Of a stretch of DNA of 64,000 nt, positions 1-12,380 are shown one piece after another. The DNA is from Octopus sinensis (Eukaryota), in assembly GCF_006345805.1 (NCBI RefSeq), contig NW_021836134.1, positions 310,001 to 374,000 on the forward strand. Direction: 5' to 3'. The notes under the pieces are model-generated. The model did no database searches. It was not told where the DNA came from and worked only from the letters and a program-made list of their open reading frames with translations. The position numbers and the translations under genes are program-made. Positions within the stretch are counted from its first letter, which is position 1, and every line of letters begins with the position of its first letter.

Positions 1-45
1 AGCATAATTTTATATTTTTTATTATTTTTTATTTACACGTGTTTG

Positions 46-514
46 ATGCGTTTGTTGGAATTGACTAGGGAACAACTTGAAAAAATTGAGAAATTCCAAA
101 TTTCATCAATAGCTGAGAATTCATTAGACAAGAAACAACGATTTCGATTAAAAGAGCTATCGCAAAAATTTGTTTTTGAAGACGGTAAAGCGTTTTTACT
201 GAAGGGTGACCTAAAATTACGGTTCTTTGCAGTTGAAGATAAGGAACTGAAATTAAAGATAATTGAGGTAGTTTATCTGCTTTATTGAAGTCTGAGCATA
301 ATAAAAACCATTTTGGCCAAGATAGACTTAGTAGTATGTGGAGGAATACTTTCTATAACATAATGAGAGAAGATATCCGCTTTGTTTTAGACAAATGTGT
401 TTATTGTCAAGTATTGGCTATTTATTTATTAGCTAGTCCAAAAAATTGATGGCAACCAAGCCACCTATCACTCCAATCATTGCCAGAGGTCCTAGAGACC
501 GTTATATCGCAGAT
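46..514 (+). mobile_element. Truncated Ginger/GIN-like (Gypsy-integrase-related) transposase gene with two tiny introns
   Basis: Splicing GT-AG introns 268-290 (23 bp) and 411-436 (26 bp) gives ...KIIE-SEHNKNHFGQDRLSSMWRNTFYNIMREDIRFVLDKCVYCQ-SKKLMATKPPITPIIARGPRDRYIAD: an H..H..CxxC integrase Zn-binding domain followed by the start of the rve core. Homology breaks off at ~514. Confidence 0.65.
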
Positions 515-1120
515 GGAAAAAAATGTAATCAAAAATGTTAATATCTCGAGACTTTCTAAAATTTTGAAATAAATAGTTGAAACTTTTAATGTTTTGCATT
601 GTGTCGTATACGGGGTTTTTTAATTAAGTTTTAATAAAACTGTTATTTAGAGTTCCTCTTAACACTAGAAATTGTAATCAGAAAGTATTAAAGATCGTAT
701 TAATCATAAAATCCGAGTCAAATACACTGCGGCCGCAGGCCGCATAGGGCACAGTATCAAATTGACTTCCAACAATTAGGGTTTGGTTAAGATTGTCTTT
801 CGAAATTGATTTTTTACGTTAGAATATTCATATCTCAAATTTTAAAAGTTTACTATTACTATTTTAAAATGAAAAATTGATTATTTTAAAATGGAAACCC
901 TCTAAATATAATAAACAATATAATAATTAATCAATAATTTTCAAAAAGGTTAGGTTTGTTATGTTGTCAATCTTAGTTTTCCAGAAGTCATTAAAACCAT
1001 CAAAAATAGGTTTAAAATTGGACTTAGAAAAAAGTAAGATACTTTTCATATGGACGTAATTGATATTAATGACATTTTGATGCGGTCCATTAATATGCCG
1101 GGTCCATTAATGTGCCGGTG
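515..1120. mobile_element. Probable DNA-transposon remnant interrupting the integrase
   Basis: Non-coding. Ends in a doubled subterminal motif (ggtccattaatatgccg / ggtccattaatgtgccggtg) right where segmental homology starts. Partner TIR not found. Confidence 0.3.
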
Positions 1121-1479
1121 ACATATAATACACATTATTTGAGAACATTCTTCAAATCACTAAAGGTAAAAAAATGTGTGTAGTAAGTAAGTACCATTAG
1201 TAGTCCAACTCTGTCCCAATAACTGGTTATCCAGCATGCGGTCTGTTCAGGACTTCTAAGTGAATACTCGAAAGGTATTAGACAGCAGAGTACTTCCCGA
1301 CATAAAGACGAGGGACTTGATTAAGTTAATTTCCTAAAATATTGTATTGCCTAAGTAAATGAAAAACTATGATCAACATCTTTTAGCCAGATATTTAGTA
1401 TTTGTTGCTAAGTTATCAAACTTTTTTTTACGTAAAATTTAGAAAAACATTTTTTAACATAGCAATAACATAATAAACT

Positions 1480-1990
1480 AATTACGTGATCCGGATTCAC
1501 TTCACAAAGGACCTCATCTTTGCACGGTAATCTTCCCACTAGTCACACAAACCGCAACGAATGAATGGTTGGTTGCAAAGACATAGCCCGGCAATCTGAA
1601 GTTCAGCTTAATCAGATTTTCCAAACGAGCCGCCCCGGAACCTTTGTTTCCATTTGACCAATGTTTGGCTTATTTGCACGCCCTTAGTTGATCCTTCTCG
1701 GTTTTCCTCCTGTTTGATAAATAAGGTTCCCGTAAACCACAAGCATAGGAAAAACATAATTTGATGTATTGAAGATATATGTTTGTGAAGACCGGGTGAG
1801 AACTACTCTTCCATAATCCCAATAAGGTTTCAACAAGTTCATTTATTTTTCGCTTTTCATCACTTTCGCGCTACCAATAGATCGTCAGCGTCCTTCAATC
1901 AACCCCTGATGACAGCATAATCCTCCGAAAGTGTCTTGGGAAGACATCCTCCTGGACGTCCTCTATAAGTTGGATATTCAAAAAATCACT
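1480..1990 (-). pseudogene. Degenerate LINE ORF2 relic (RT end/thumb); copies at ~29960-30710 and ~43400-44150
   Basis: Minus strand gives ADDLLVA (YADD-like) and VFTNIYLQYIKPCFSYACGL...TEKAQLRACK, resembling the C-terminus of the intact LINE ORF2 (YIYVYKTCVQPVLTYG...LEKTRRFAMK). Stops and indels present. Confidence 0.5.
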
Positions 1991-2809
1991 TTTGAGGACA
2001 TTATTTTCTTAACATTTATTTCAAAAATGTAAATAAAAATTCAAAAAATTCAATTTTAAAATTTCATTATAAAAAGTTTATTTACAACAAAAACAAAATA
2101 AGAATTTAAATCAAGAAAATTTGGTGTGTATCTTCTGCTTGTTTCAACAAATTTAGATACAGCATTAATTTATACGTCAATTTCGTAGGTTATCAATTAA
2201 AAAAAGTACTGAGATTTTAAACATTTTAACTAAATGAGTTCAAAATTTCGAAAAATTATTTCTGAGCTGATAACGATATGTTTGAAGTTTTACAAAATAT
2301 CAAATCAACAAATAATATTCCTTGTGTTCCTTAATATCTTCAAAGTTTTATGCTACTATAAAATCAGAAATGAAATCAGTGTACGATTTAACAAAAACTG
2401 GATTAAGCATGGATTGCTGAATCAAAAAAAGTTCAGATGATTGTTGAAGGAGAAACGAGTTAGTACAAACTTGCGGGAAATGCTATGTCAAAAACATTGA
2501 GGATGTTGGCAGTAGCTATCGCTGAAATTAACTCTGCTTTAAAGGAGATCCAAATGGCATTCGAAATTGTCTAAGCTCAAAGTTTATCAGGACTTTTCCG
2601 TTTTTACATTTTTCGACGGGTTCTTCGGACAGGATTAGGAAACAATTTCTTCCGATTCTGTTTCAGTAAAAACCACATTTTTAGAGGTCTCTCTTTATGG
2701 ATTCCATTCGTTTTGTTGTAGATTAGTTTAATAATTGAGTGGTTTGTTTCTTTGACTATTCAGGAGGTTTTTAGAAAAAAGTTAAGATTTAGAATCAATA
2801 ATGTGCAAA

Positions 2810-3110
2810 GAGAATAAATTGACTGTTTTTAGAAAAATGGCAATTGAAATTCTTTGTAGGAATCATGATGATTCACTTTGCTCACATTTACGCGAAGAAA
2901 TCCTACTTCTGAGGTCATAGATAAAATTTCCTGCATCTCCAAAGACTTCAACTAAGACGGGAGCAAAAAATGATGATATGAGAGAGTTTGATATTTGTCG
3001 ATTTTCACACGCTCCCTGCGTGCGCAAGGAATACGGCCGAAGAGATAATTTTCAACACAAAAAACTTGCCTTTGTAGATCGCATCCCACACAAGTGACAT
3101 ACCTTTTTAG
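2810..3110 (-). pseudogene. Degenerate CRE-type RLE retrotransposon C-terminus; copies at ~31575-31875 and ~44970-45270
   Basis: Across frameshifts: VWDA..., KIDKYQTLS, FAPVLVEVFG...FIYDLRSRISSRK...FLQRISIAIF, matching the C-terminus of the CRE copies at 6737-7099 and 15694-16224. Confidence 0.6.
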
Positions 3111-4679
3111 AATAGGAAGATTGTCTTTTGTCATCACTTTAATGATAACTATAAACTATTCTTCATTATTTATTTTTACTGGAGAATTCGTACTTATTAA
3201 GTTTGATATCAAATGAATTTTCTCTTCAATACGAAGAAAAAAAATTGACTGAGAACCTAATCATTTAAGAGTTTTAGTAATTTGTCTTTAAGAAACTAAG
3301 CTCAACAAGGATTTCGATGAGATTATCTTAGTTTAATATTTTATTTATTTGGGTTAACAATACTCAATTTAACTATCATTAATTGATGTTTCTTCATATA
3401 AGACAACTACTCCGAGGACCGATCACGTCTCGACACCTCTCCTAATATTATTGTAGTAAGAAAGCCGACTCCTCTGGCAGGTCAACTGACACTTGAAATT
3501 ACTCTTTCCTAACGATAAGATTATTTTCTTCTTCCGCAATTTGTTGTTGTCAACCTTAATGCAATGCATGGATAGCGATCATGCTTGCCAACGTTTCTTG
3601 ATTGTCACTAATTGGATGTATCCATTAGTCCAGATATTTAATTTTTTATGTAGGACTATAACTTGTTCACTATTCTATCCCATGTAAATACGACAAGGAC
3701 TATTGTGACTGTGCCAAATTGTCCAGCAAGTAGATTATACTTGTAAAATTTATCTACTTCGACTTGCTTTAAGTTGTCTTTAAATGTAAACACGACTTCA
3801 AATATTGTTATCTATTTTTATATTTTATGAAACACATTGGCTTGTTTTCAAGGCCATGTCTACTTTCGTGTCAACAGGACTATTTGCCACGATCACTAAC
3901 CTACCTAAATAATACATATAAATCTCATGTCTTTTTAAATGAAGGAATTTCCAGTCCTGATTAATGCGATTCTTAAATGGGAAGACGACCACATTGCATC
4001 AAAAAGCTTGCATGATGGAAATGATGGCATCATATCGAACTAATGGGATGTCTATTTTTTTAATAACTACTGATATAATATCAATAATATAAAATTCAGG
4101 TATAAAAAATTATCCTAATAGAAAGTGTTATCCGGCATCAGTAAGTAAGAGTCATCCTTATATCAGAATCATGACTGACTTAAGAATCATCATCTGCCAT
4201 AAAATCAATTTAACAAATAGACGTCAATTGTATATAACTTTAGCTAGACTATTTAATTTAGATTCTCAGTCCCGATTATTGGAAATCTCTTTCCTTCTCT
4301 TAAATAACAAGCGAGATAACTTTACTAACGTTATTTTGCAGTGTGCTTATTAATAATAAATAACACAACAAATAATTAATAATCAAATTTTAAAAATATT
4401 ACTAAACACGTTAAAAAAAATTATATAATTTAACTTTAAATAGGAAACACAGAAACTAGGCAGTCATTTCTTAGATCCTAAACTGGAATGTATAAAAGAT
4501 GCACCTCTCTAGCAACAGGAGAGAGACTCCTATTCAGAAACTAGGGTAGTGTTGAGATCCTAACACCAGTGGTGTTGGCAAGCTTTGTGAGATATTAGCT
4601 AAAATGAACTTGTACAAAACAGAAGTACAAAATTCTAAACCTGTTTTTTTCAGAGATCAGCTACAACTAATTCTTTTTT

Positions 4680-4990
4680 CGCGAAGTCGATCAAAAATGT
4701 CGTCCCAAATCCTCTATAAGAGAGAAAGAACCACGTCAATTTTGGAGGAGATTCTAGAGGCCAAATTGAATATGTTTTGTCACATTCTCCGGATAGATAT
4801 AGATACCCGCACAAACTCAGCGCCATGTAGGATCACTTTTCTTTGGACGCAATACATTTCAGAGGCTGCTCAAAGACAACAGTGTCGTCTGTCCTTCACG
4901 AGGACTTCAAAAAAATTGAGAAGCGCTTTAAGGATAACGAGGATCTTTACATGTTACGCGACCTGGCTCGAATATAACAAAACATAGAAA
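4680..4990 (+). pseudogene. Degenerate RTE-like LINE ORF2 3' end; copies at ~33690-33960 and ~46900-47180
   Basis: ILYKRERTTSILEEILEAKLNMFCHILRIDIDTRTN resembles the RTE-type C-terminal 'LY.RT...I...I..RRL.W.GHI.RM' motif. Confidence 0.45.
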
Positions 4991-5854
4991 GGTGACTTCA
5001 CATGCCTACTGACATCGCGTAGTGCTAATAAGAATATGAATTCAGCTCAAAAGGAATTGAAAAAACTTATTTAGTGAGCATGATCTACATAAATAATTTC
5101 AATATGTTTCAATTATAATTTTTTGAGAATTTATTAATGACCAAAGGACCAGGGTGAACTTGTTAATTATAATTCCCATGATCCTCGATGCACTTCGCAA
5201 GAGACGGAGATCCTTCGGAAAGGTTCGATCGACCTGTGAAAAAGATTTCCCTTGGGTCAGATTTCTACAAGTTCTTTTTCGGTAGGGATTAGGTGCCCTC
5301 TGAGCGTTTTCATATCCAATTGAAGTTCCAACTAACATGGTAAACCACATTACGCCACGCTGAGATCCGGCAGGTAGGAGATTCCCATTCACAGGACTCG
5401 TCGCCTCACGTTAATTCTACATAAACTGTCGTTTATTTCCTCTTCATACATTTAACAATTGTATGATAGATAAGCATTACATGCTTTAAAATCAATAATT
5501 TCAATCTGACTGTGATGAACGGGTGTACCAATTTTATCAGGATTATGAAGTTTCTCAATTTTTTAAAAAATTTCTATTAAGTTACTTGAACAAGCTGGCT
5601 TTTTCGACAACTCTCGGTCGCTGTGCTCAACGAAAATACGCACCCCGGCGTCGTTAAGCTGACTCTTAGGCTCTCGATTATTCTCTTAGCTACTTATCTA
5701 GCTAGCATCTAATTTTGTTTTTGATTTTATGATTTATCCCAAAAAGAAATTATTTGAAATAATCTAATAGTCAATCATTATACAATTTTAATACAATTGA
5801 TAATTAATTTTCCGACCATTATTCTAAGAGTTATTAATGATTTAATTGGCAATT

Positions 5855-7152
5855 CTACGACCAATCCGCCATTCGTATTCTTAATTCCAAGAGGAATGCC
5901 CTTTCTTCCCTTTGTGATAAACTTGCAGATATTGATCCCCACCCTGCTTATTTCATTCTCAAAAATTATCTTCTGATCCCGAAAATCAATTATGTCCTAA
6001 GGAGTTCCCGCTGCTTTTCTATTCCTATTGCCTTGGATTCTTTCGACGCTCTGGTGCGTTCTTCCGCTGAGAAGATTTTTAATGTCAAGTTTGATGACGT
6101 TGGTTGGTGTCAGGCCAAACTTCCTGTATCCTCTGGCGGTCTGGGGCTTCGCTCCGCGCTCGACCTTTCTCTTCCCGCTTTCCTTTCATCTTCTTCAGGA
6201 TTGTATCTTCTTGTCCATAAGATTCTTGAAAAATCACCCGAATCAACTTTGGACTCTGATATCAATTCTGCACTCTTGCTTTGGAAGGAAAAGCATTTTG
6301 TCTTACCGTCAGAACGATCTCTCCAACGTGAATGGGACAAAATTATTTGTGAATATTACGTTGACTCGTTGGAGCGTCTCTTGGACCAGCACAGACTAGC
6401 TTGCTTCCGTGCCAGTCGCCAACCGTATTCTGGCTCCTGGCTTAACTGCCTTCCCACGACCCATTTGGATACCTGCCTCGACTCTGATGCCCTCCGTTTT
6501 AAAATATGCCTTCGTCTGGGATTACCGATTTGTAATCCCCACCCCTGCCGGTGTGGATCAACGATGGACACATACGGGCTCCATGCCCTTTCCTGCAAGA
6601 AAAGCGCAGGTCGCATACCTCGTCATTCGGCTCTTAACAAGATCATTCTCCATGCCCTCGAAAAAACAGGGTATCCTTCTGTCCTTGAGCCAATTGGTCT
6701 TGACCGTGGTGATGGAAAAAGGCCTGATGCTCGACGTTGTTCGCTTTCAACGCTGGTAAACCACTAGTTTGGGATGCCACGTGTGTTGATTCCTTCTCCA
6801 AGTCGGCCATCAACGAATCCGCCTCTCTGCCCGGGTCCCGTGCTAATAGGGCTGAACATACAAAATCCGAAAAATACCGGGGCTTGTTAGACGGCTTTTG
6901 GTTTTGGCCAATTGTTGTTGAGACTTCGTGCGTCTTTGGCACAAAGACAGTTGATCATCTAAAGAAACTTGGCCACCTCTGTTCTTTACGCTCCAAGGAT
7001 CCTAGGGAATTTACTTTCCTAATCCAAAGGATCCTGTTGGCCGTTGTGCGTGGGAACAGCTGTTCCATCCGGCTTGCTGGCCGATTAATTTCTGATTAAT
7101 TTGGCTTTCCATATTTTTTTAATAAATACCTATGAAGACTAAAAAAAAAAAA
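5855..7152 (+). mobile_element. 5'-truncated CRE-clade non-LTR retrotransposon (restriction-like endonuclease)
   Basis: 11-bp TSD aattggcaatt (5844-5854 / 7153-7163) and poly(A) at ~7140-7152. Encodes LPVSSGGLGLR, CCHC knuckle (CRCG...HALSC), RH, KRPD, WDAT and VVET motifs with frameshifts near 5940 and 6735. Empty site in copies B (~34880) and C (~48100). Confidence 0.9.
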
Positions 7153-7435
7153 AATTGGCAATTTGTTAATCTACATTTTGTTAATGATAAAATAGATTAA
7201 ATAAAAACCAATTTTTGTAATAAAAAACTACATTTGCTGACTCATAAACGTATTTTTCAAATGAACTAAATATCTGTAGAAATTTTTTTTCTTAAATAAA
7301 AATACATTAAATAGAAAAATGATAATGGTCAAATTCTTTTCATCATTAATTAATCATTTGTGGGTAATATTAAAAAAATTAAATATTAAATTATGGTTAG
7401 AAAAATCGAGATAATCAAATTAGAATTAAATTAGA

Positions 7436-9002
7436 TTAAGTTGATATTTTTTGGAGAATGATCTGATAAATATCAATTCCTCGCAAAAACGTATCAACAT
7501 TTAGATACTCATCATGGTCATGAGGAAGCACAGGAGTGTTATTCATCGGGGAAAAGTTGAGAACTGGAATTCCAGTCTATGTATTGTTAGATTTAATAAT
7601 GTACTCCACGAAGATATCTTGCATCAGTTCCTGCCGGAAAAATCATGACCTGTGTTTCCAGTTCACTAAAGTTTTTTATCAAAAATTTAAAATTGAAATA
7701 TAATTTAACTCAATTATTGATTAAAACTCACAGTTCATCAATAGCAGAAAAAAACGATTTACAAAACGGGGAATCAAGGGACGAAGGTTGAATTTGTTCA
7801 CTATCCTGTCAAATATTACAAAAATTCAAATAAAACATAAATTTATTGATAAAAATCTCATTTTTTTCAGCTTCAGGAAAAACCTGATCACAAATTTCAG
7901 TAAAACTTGTGGTTGAAGGTAATCGTAAATCAAATGCTTCAAATAGCTTAAATAAGAAAAAAAACTGGCAGAAAGAGTGGCCGGGATAACGTTTGTCTGT
8001 ACGCCGCCTTCAAGAACAGTTAAATTGACAGTTGTTACATCTCCCAGTTTCATCCCGGGATTTCTAAAATTAACAGTTTCATAACAACTCTTCAAGTTTT
8101 CGTCTTTCATTATTGCGGAAAGATTGTACTGCAGCGAGACAGTTTGCCTATAATTTAAAACCTAAAATTTATTACCATCTTCTCTCCTGCAGTGTTCTCC
8201 AAAAAAGTGACCCATGGCCTGGGTTTCCATGACACGTCAATTTGAATGCTATAAATCATTCAAGTCAAAAAAAATCAAACGCATTACAGTTCTTTCGCCA
8301 TAAAAAACTGAAAACGTTGCATTTGGGGATGCAATTCCTACAACTCTTAGTGACATAATAAAACACCTTCATCAAGGGCAAAACCAATGTTGAGAGATTT
8401 AAAATACTCACTCTTCACAAACGTCGCCATTCCGGTCAGTCCACCGATTTCCTCATCTGATAACAATAAAATAAAAATTATAAACCTGGTACTACGCTGA
8501 CGTATATAGTTCGGCGGGAAACATAACCTTCTTCGATGAGTTTTCTGATTGCTTCTAAATATCTGACGTCAGTAAATTAAAAAATACTGAATTGTGACAC
8601 ATTTCATATCCTAACCACATTTATAATATATTTAAACCTGACTTCCACGTGCATAGATGTTCCCATTATTGTCCATTTCTGCACCAAATGGATCAAATGT
8701 CCACTTCTCCTTAAAATATTTGAATTTACACATAAATACTCTGTACACTGGAACAACGTCCATGTGGGAATTCAGTAAAATTGATTCCGCTTCAGGGTCG
8801 TTCCCTTGCCACTTTATTACAAGAATCAGCTTTGTTGGATAAAATTCCAAAACGGTAGGCTGAAGCCCTATTCCAAGGGCTAAATCAGAGAGAAATTTAA
8901 CCGCAGGACCTAAAAATGCTTTTTATTTAATAGAATGTCACCATAATCAGGATCTGGTTGGACTGTTGGAAATCGCAGATATTCACGGAATGCGTCGACC
9001 AT
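7436..9002 (-). CDS. ACY1: Aminoacylase-1 (M20 family), copy A, ~13 introns; two apparent 1-bp homopolymer deletions
   Basis: Spliced: [20 protein letters not shown]...[11 protein letters not shown]...IYARGSQDMKC...PDEEIGG...ALDEG...GNPGHGS...GGVQTNVIP...[10 protein letters not shown]...[18 protein letters not shown]...IST*. Relative to copy C it lacks one base in a T run (~8205) and one at ~7842. Confidence 0.9.
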
Positions 9003-9617
9003 TTGATTAATAATTTATAACAAATTATGAACTTATATTATGATTAAAACAATTTAATATAAGTTAATTTATTTGTCAAAAAGTTAAAAAACAAACAAAA
9101 CTCAACAGGTTTTAAGCTGACTAATCATTATAATCAATTGGAATTTTTGGGATTAGTTTATTAATTTTGTTTTTCATTGAAGTCCTTTACTTTGTCATTT
9201 AACTCTAGTCTCACTATCTTGTAGGAGCTTGGTGTCAATTAAGGATCATGTAGCTTTTAACACCAAATAAAGCGTTCGGCTCCCACATGGAAAATATCTT
9301 TATGCAAAAGCAATTGAACAAGTTAGTAAAAGAACAAGAGACTAAATAAAATGAAAAGCTGTAATTAACTTTTATGATTAATAAATTTCCTGCCAAACAT
9401 TTTTTTATGTTAAAACGACATAAATAAAGTTCATTTGTAAAAAAGTAACTTATGTGTAAATCTACGCTGAAGTAAATAATAAGAGAAAACATAGAATGCT
9501 GGGCTTAGAACGAGAATCAGACGTTTAGAGTCTTCCACCATTTATCACCTCTATCGGGAAACAAAAATCCTGCCTATTGCTGACCATCTTGAAATGCACG
9601 GGCTCCAAGTTCTAGAT

Positions 9618-10645
9618 CAGGGGTCTCCAAACTTTTGACAACGCGGGCCGGATAGAATATTTGGTAGATGACCGTGGGCCATAGTGTAAAATCAATTAGA
9701 TTAATAATGCTCCTAATTTTTTAACTACGACTAAGAAGACAGAATAACAAAAAAGATTTAAACATTAGCTTTTAATGAGAATGATGAAACTGATTTCGTT
9801 TTATATATTTTATTGTAATAAGGCGTCAAGTCTGTTGTCCCGATTATCAAAAGCAACTTTAAGTGCTCATCCGACAAGTTTGCTCGATATTTGGATTTTA
9901 CATATTTCATTCTTGAAAATGTTTGTTCACAAATGTATGTTGTATCGAAAGTAGATATAAATCCCCATGCGTATCGTTTCAAAATTGGAAACTTATTAGA
10001 ATTTAAATATTTATAAAATTGAATAATATTCTGTTTTTCATATTTATCTTTCAGAATATTATCTGATTGGAGTTCAATTATTTAAGTTGAAGATAACTTA
10101 AATAGTTTCGGCTTCGCATTGAAAAGGATTTTCAAATAACCTTTAATGAATGAAACTATAAAAAAAACCTTATCTCATCGCTTCTCTTGTCAAGGTCAGA
10201 AAATCGTTCAAGAAATTGTTTCTTCAAATCCTTAATTATTTGGGTACCAAATTCGACAGGAAATTCACAAACGTTTTCTTTACAGAAATTTTCGCAAAAT
10301 GCGAAATGAACATAGTTTTTATTTTTGAGTTGTTTTCCAAAAAGCACTAGTTTTTACTTGAATGCCTTGACATGTGTGAATAAATCACAAATAAGAGCAT
10401 ATTCACCTTCAAAACTAAAATATAATAAATTAACCTTGCAAATTGAGATTTAATTCATTCATATGGCCTGTAATGTCCACGAAAAAAGCCAATCTACAAA
10501 GCCATTCTGTGTCTGACAAAAGTGGTTCTTTTCGGTTTTTCTTTATGAGAAACAAATCTATTTCCTTTCTTATTGCCAAAAAAAGATATTTACAACAGCC
10601 GGGCCGGATTAAATCACATGGCGGGCCGGGGTTTGGAGACCCCTG
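9618..10645 (-). mobile_element. Non-autonomous hAT (Charlie-like) element
   Basis: TIRs CAGGGGTCTCCAAAC / GTTTGGAGACCCCTG; 8-bp TSD ttctagat (9610-9617 / 10646-10653, Charlie-type NTCTAGAN). Internal minus-strand transposase remnants include the dimerisation motif FDTTYICEQTFSRMKYVKSKYRANLSDEHL. Confidence 0.92.
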
Positions 10646-10899
10646 TTCTAGATGAATCCTCGACTGCTTATAACCAGGCTCGTAATATTCTCAAATCTCC
10701 CAACAAAAGAAAATTATGTGCTACCTGTGCTGATTTGGAAAAAATTTTGTTGAAAATCTCGTTGGGAAATAGAGGAAAAAAAGATCAGCATTAATACCTG
10801 ACTTTATCTCCATGAGGGCCACCCAGAGAAAATCATAAAAAATACTCCAAGAATCAATTGGAGGATCTCCATCTTAAATCGAAAACGACGACTAAAAAA

Positions 10900-12110
10900 A
10901 CGTTTAAAAATTTACTGGAACTGGTGGCGCTCTTTATGGAGGACAGCCACCAAAACTTGACGAGATGAGCGTTTTTACGCTTATCAACCCCCGGTCAATT
11001 CGGAACGGGCTACAGAGCTAAGCTACTTGGTTAGATCGGTAAACATATTGGTTGTTAATAAAACAAAGCTTAAGGAAAAGCAGCATCACAAAATCCATGG
11101 TTTTCAGTCGATTGATATCCCATGGCGACCTGACATTATAAAGACAATCTAATGGTGAGGGACTTGAAAATCGTTGAAGAAATTTGGCGAACTAATTGCA
11201 TTGAAACTACTAACATTCCTTGGATGGATATCTGTAGGAGCTATGTACTCCAAAGCAATAAAGAATTAACCAAATCTTATTGAAGAATTTTTCCAAAACA
11301 ATGATGGAGGAATTCTAATAGCAGACCTTAACGCAAAACACACATCGTACTGGTGTGCTAATACAAATTCGGACGGTCATATACTCCTCAGATTATCGAA
11401 GAACTGCGGCTTTAGTGTTTTGACCTTACAAGAACCAAACCATTTCTCTTGTTATGGGGAGGATTGTATTGAAGTTTTTCTTGTATCGGCTGATCTTGTT
11501 CATCAATGCAGCATACCAAGAATTTAGATAAACATTGGTAGTGATCACCTACCTCAATCTTTATGTATGCAAACATCATCTACGATATGCGAAGATCTTT
11601 TCATCGGATATGATACGTCTCGGACAATCTGGTCTGACTTCGAGATATCAATGAAAATGCATTTGATACCGTATCCAATAGAAAACATCTCCTCAAATAT
11701 AAAAATTGAAAAACTCGATAAAATTCTCAGAGAAGCTAAACTGGATTTTCTCCAAAAATCTTCGGTCAGAAAATACATCATGTCAAATAGTAACAGAAAA
11801 ACCCGGATTGACGAATCTTTGGGAAAACTTATAAAATGGAAGGGAAACCTTGAAAAGAAGCTAAGACGATCCATTGACACCATATATTGCATTCGTCTTC
11901 GGGATAAGATTCGTACCGTGAAAACAGAGATAAATGATGTCGCAAAAATCATTCAGACCTTGCTATGAAGAGACAATGCTAAAAACTGAATAAGAAAAAC
12001 CCTCATTTTTGGAAGGTTTTCAACAGACTAAGTAATATGGAAAACAAAGGAGAAGAGATCCGACTAAAAACAACTGAAGGAATAACTATCCCGCTAGGAT
12101 CCTAAAAACT
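10900..12110 (+). pseudogene. Degenerate APE-endonuclease/linker relic related to the intact LINE; second copy ~51370-52590
   Basis: ADLNAKHTSYWCANTNSDG...IGSDHLPQSL...EDLFIGY aligns to LINE ORF2 (GDLNAKNVSYGCETTNMDG...IGSDHVPQT...EDLFIGY). In-frame stops present. Confidence 0.75.
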
Positions 12111-12380
12111 AGGATCCTAGAAAATGAGAAATTTCTGAAATCGTTATTTATTTTCAGGATTAAGATCTATTCGTAAATTGATTAGAATACAGCGAATTGC
12201 CAGATCAGTAGCTGCGAGCAATTGGTCACATTACTTCGTTTTTCTTGACGTTGATATTTCTATCCTCCAGAACTCCCTGGTAAAGTTGCCCAACGCAGTC
12301 ATACAGACATTTTGTATCTTTCACATAGTGCAAGTTGGTCTGAGATTTTTCTGAGTCCCTCTTGAAGCAAAAAACATCGA

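Larger units (their letters stand above)
1123..12380. repeat. Segmental duplication copy A
   Basis: Colinear with 16306-16583 + 29877-35573 (B) and 43310-53076 (C); matching ORFs at 2234/30983/44392, 2952/31715/45110 and 5099/34196/47413. Confidence 0.95.

Noticed and set aside
5099-5392. ORF MNGNLLPAGSQRG... present in all three copies (VDRTFP looks TBC-like)
   Set aside because: Frame differs between copies and the motif is too short; left unassigned.
12093-12125. Twice-repeated ctaggatccta(g) palindrome (also ~52563-52592)
   Set aside because: Short local duplication at the broken end of a LINE relic; no evidence of function.
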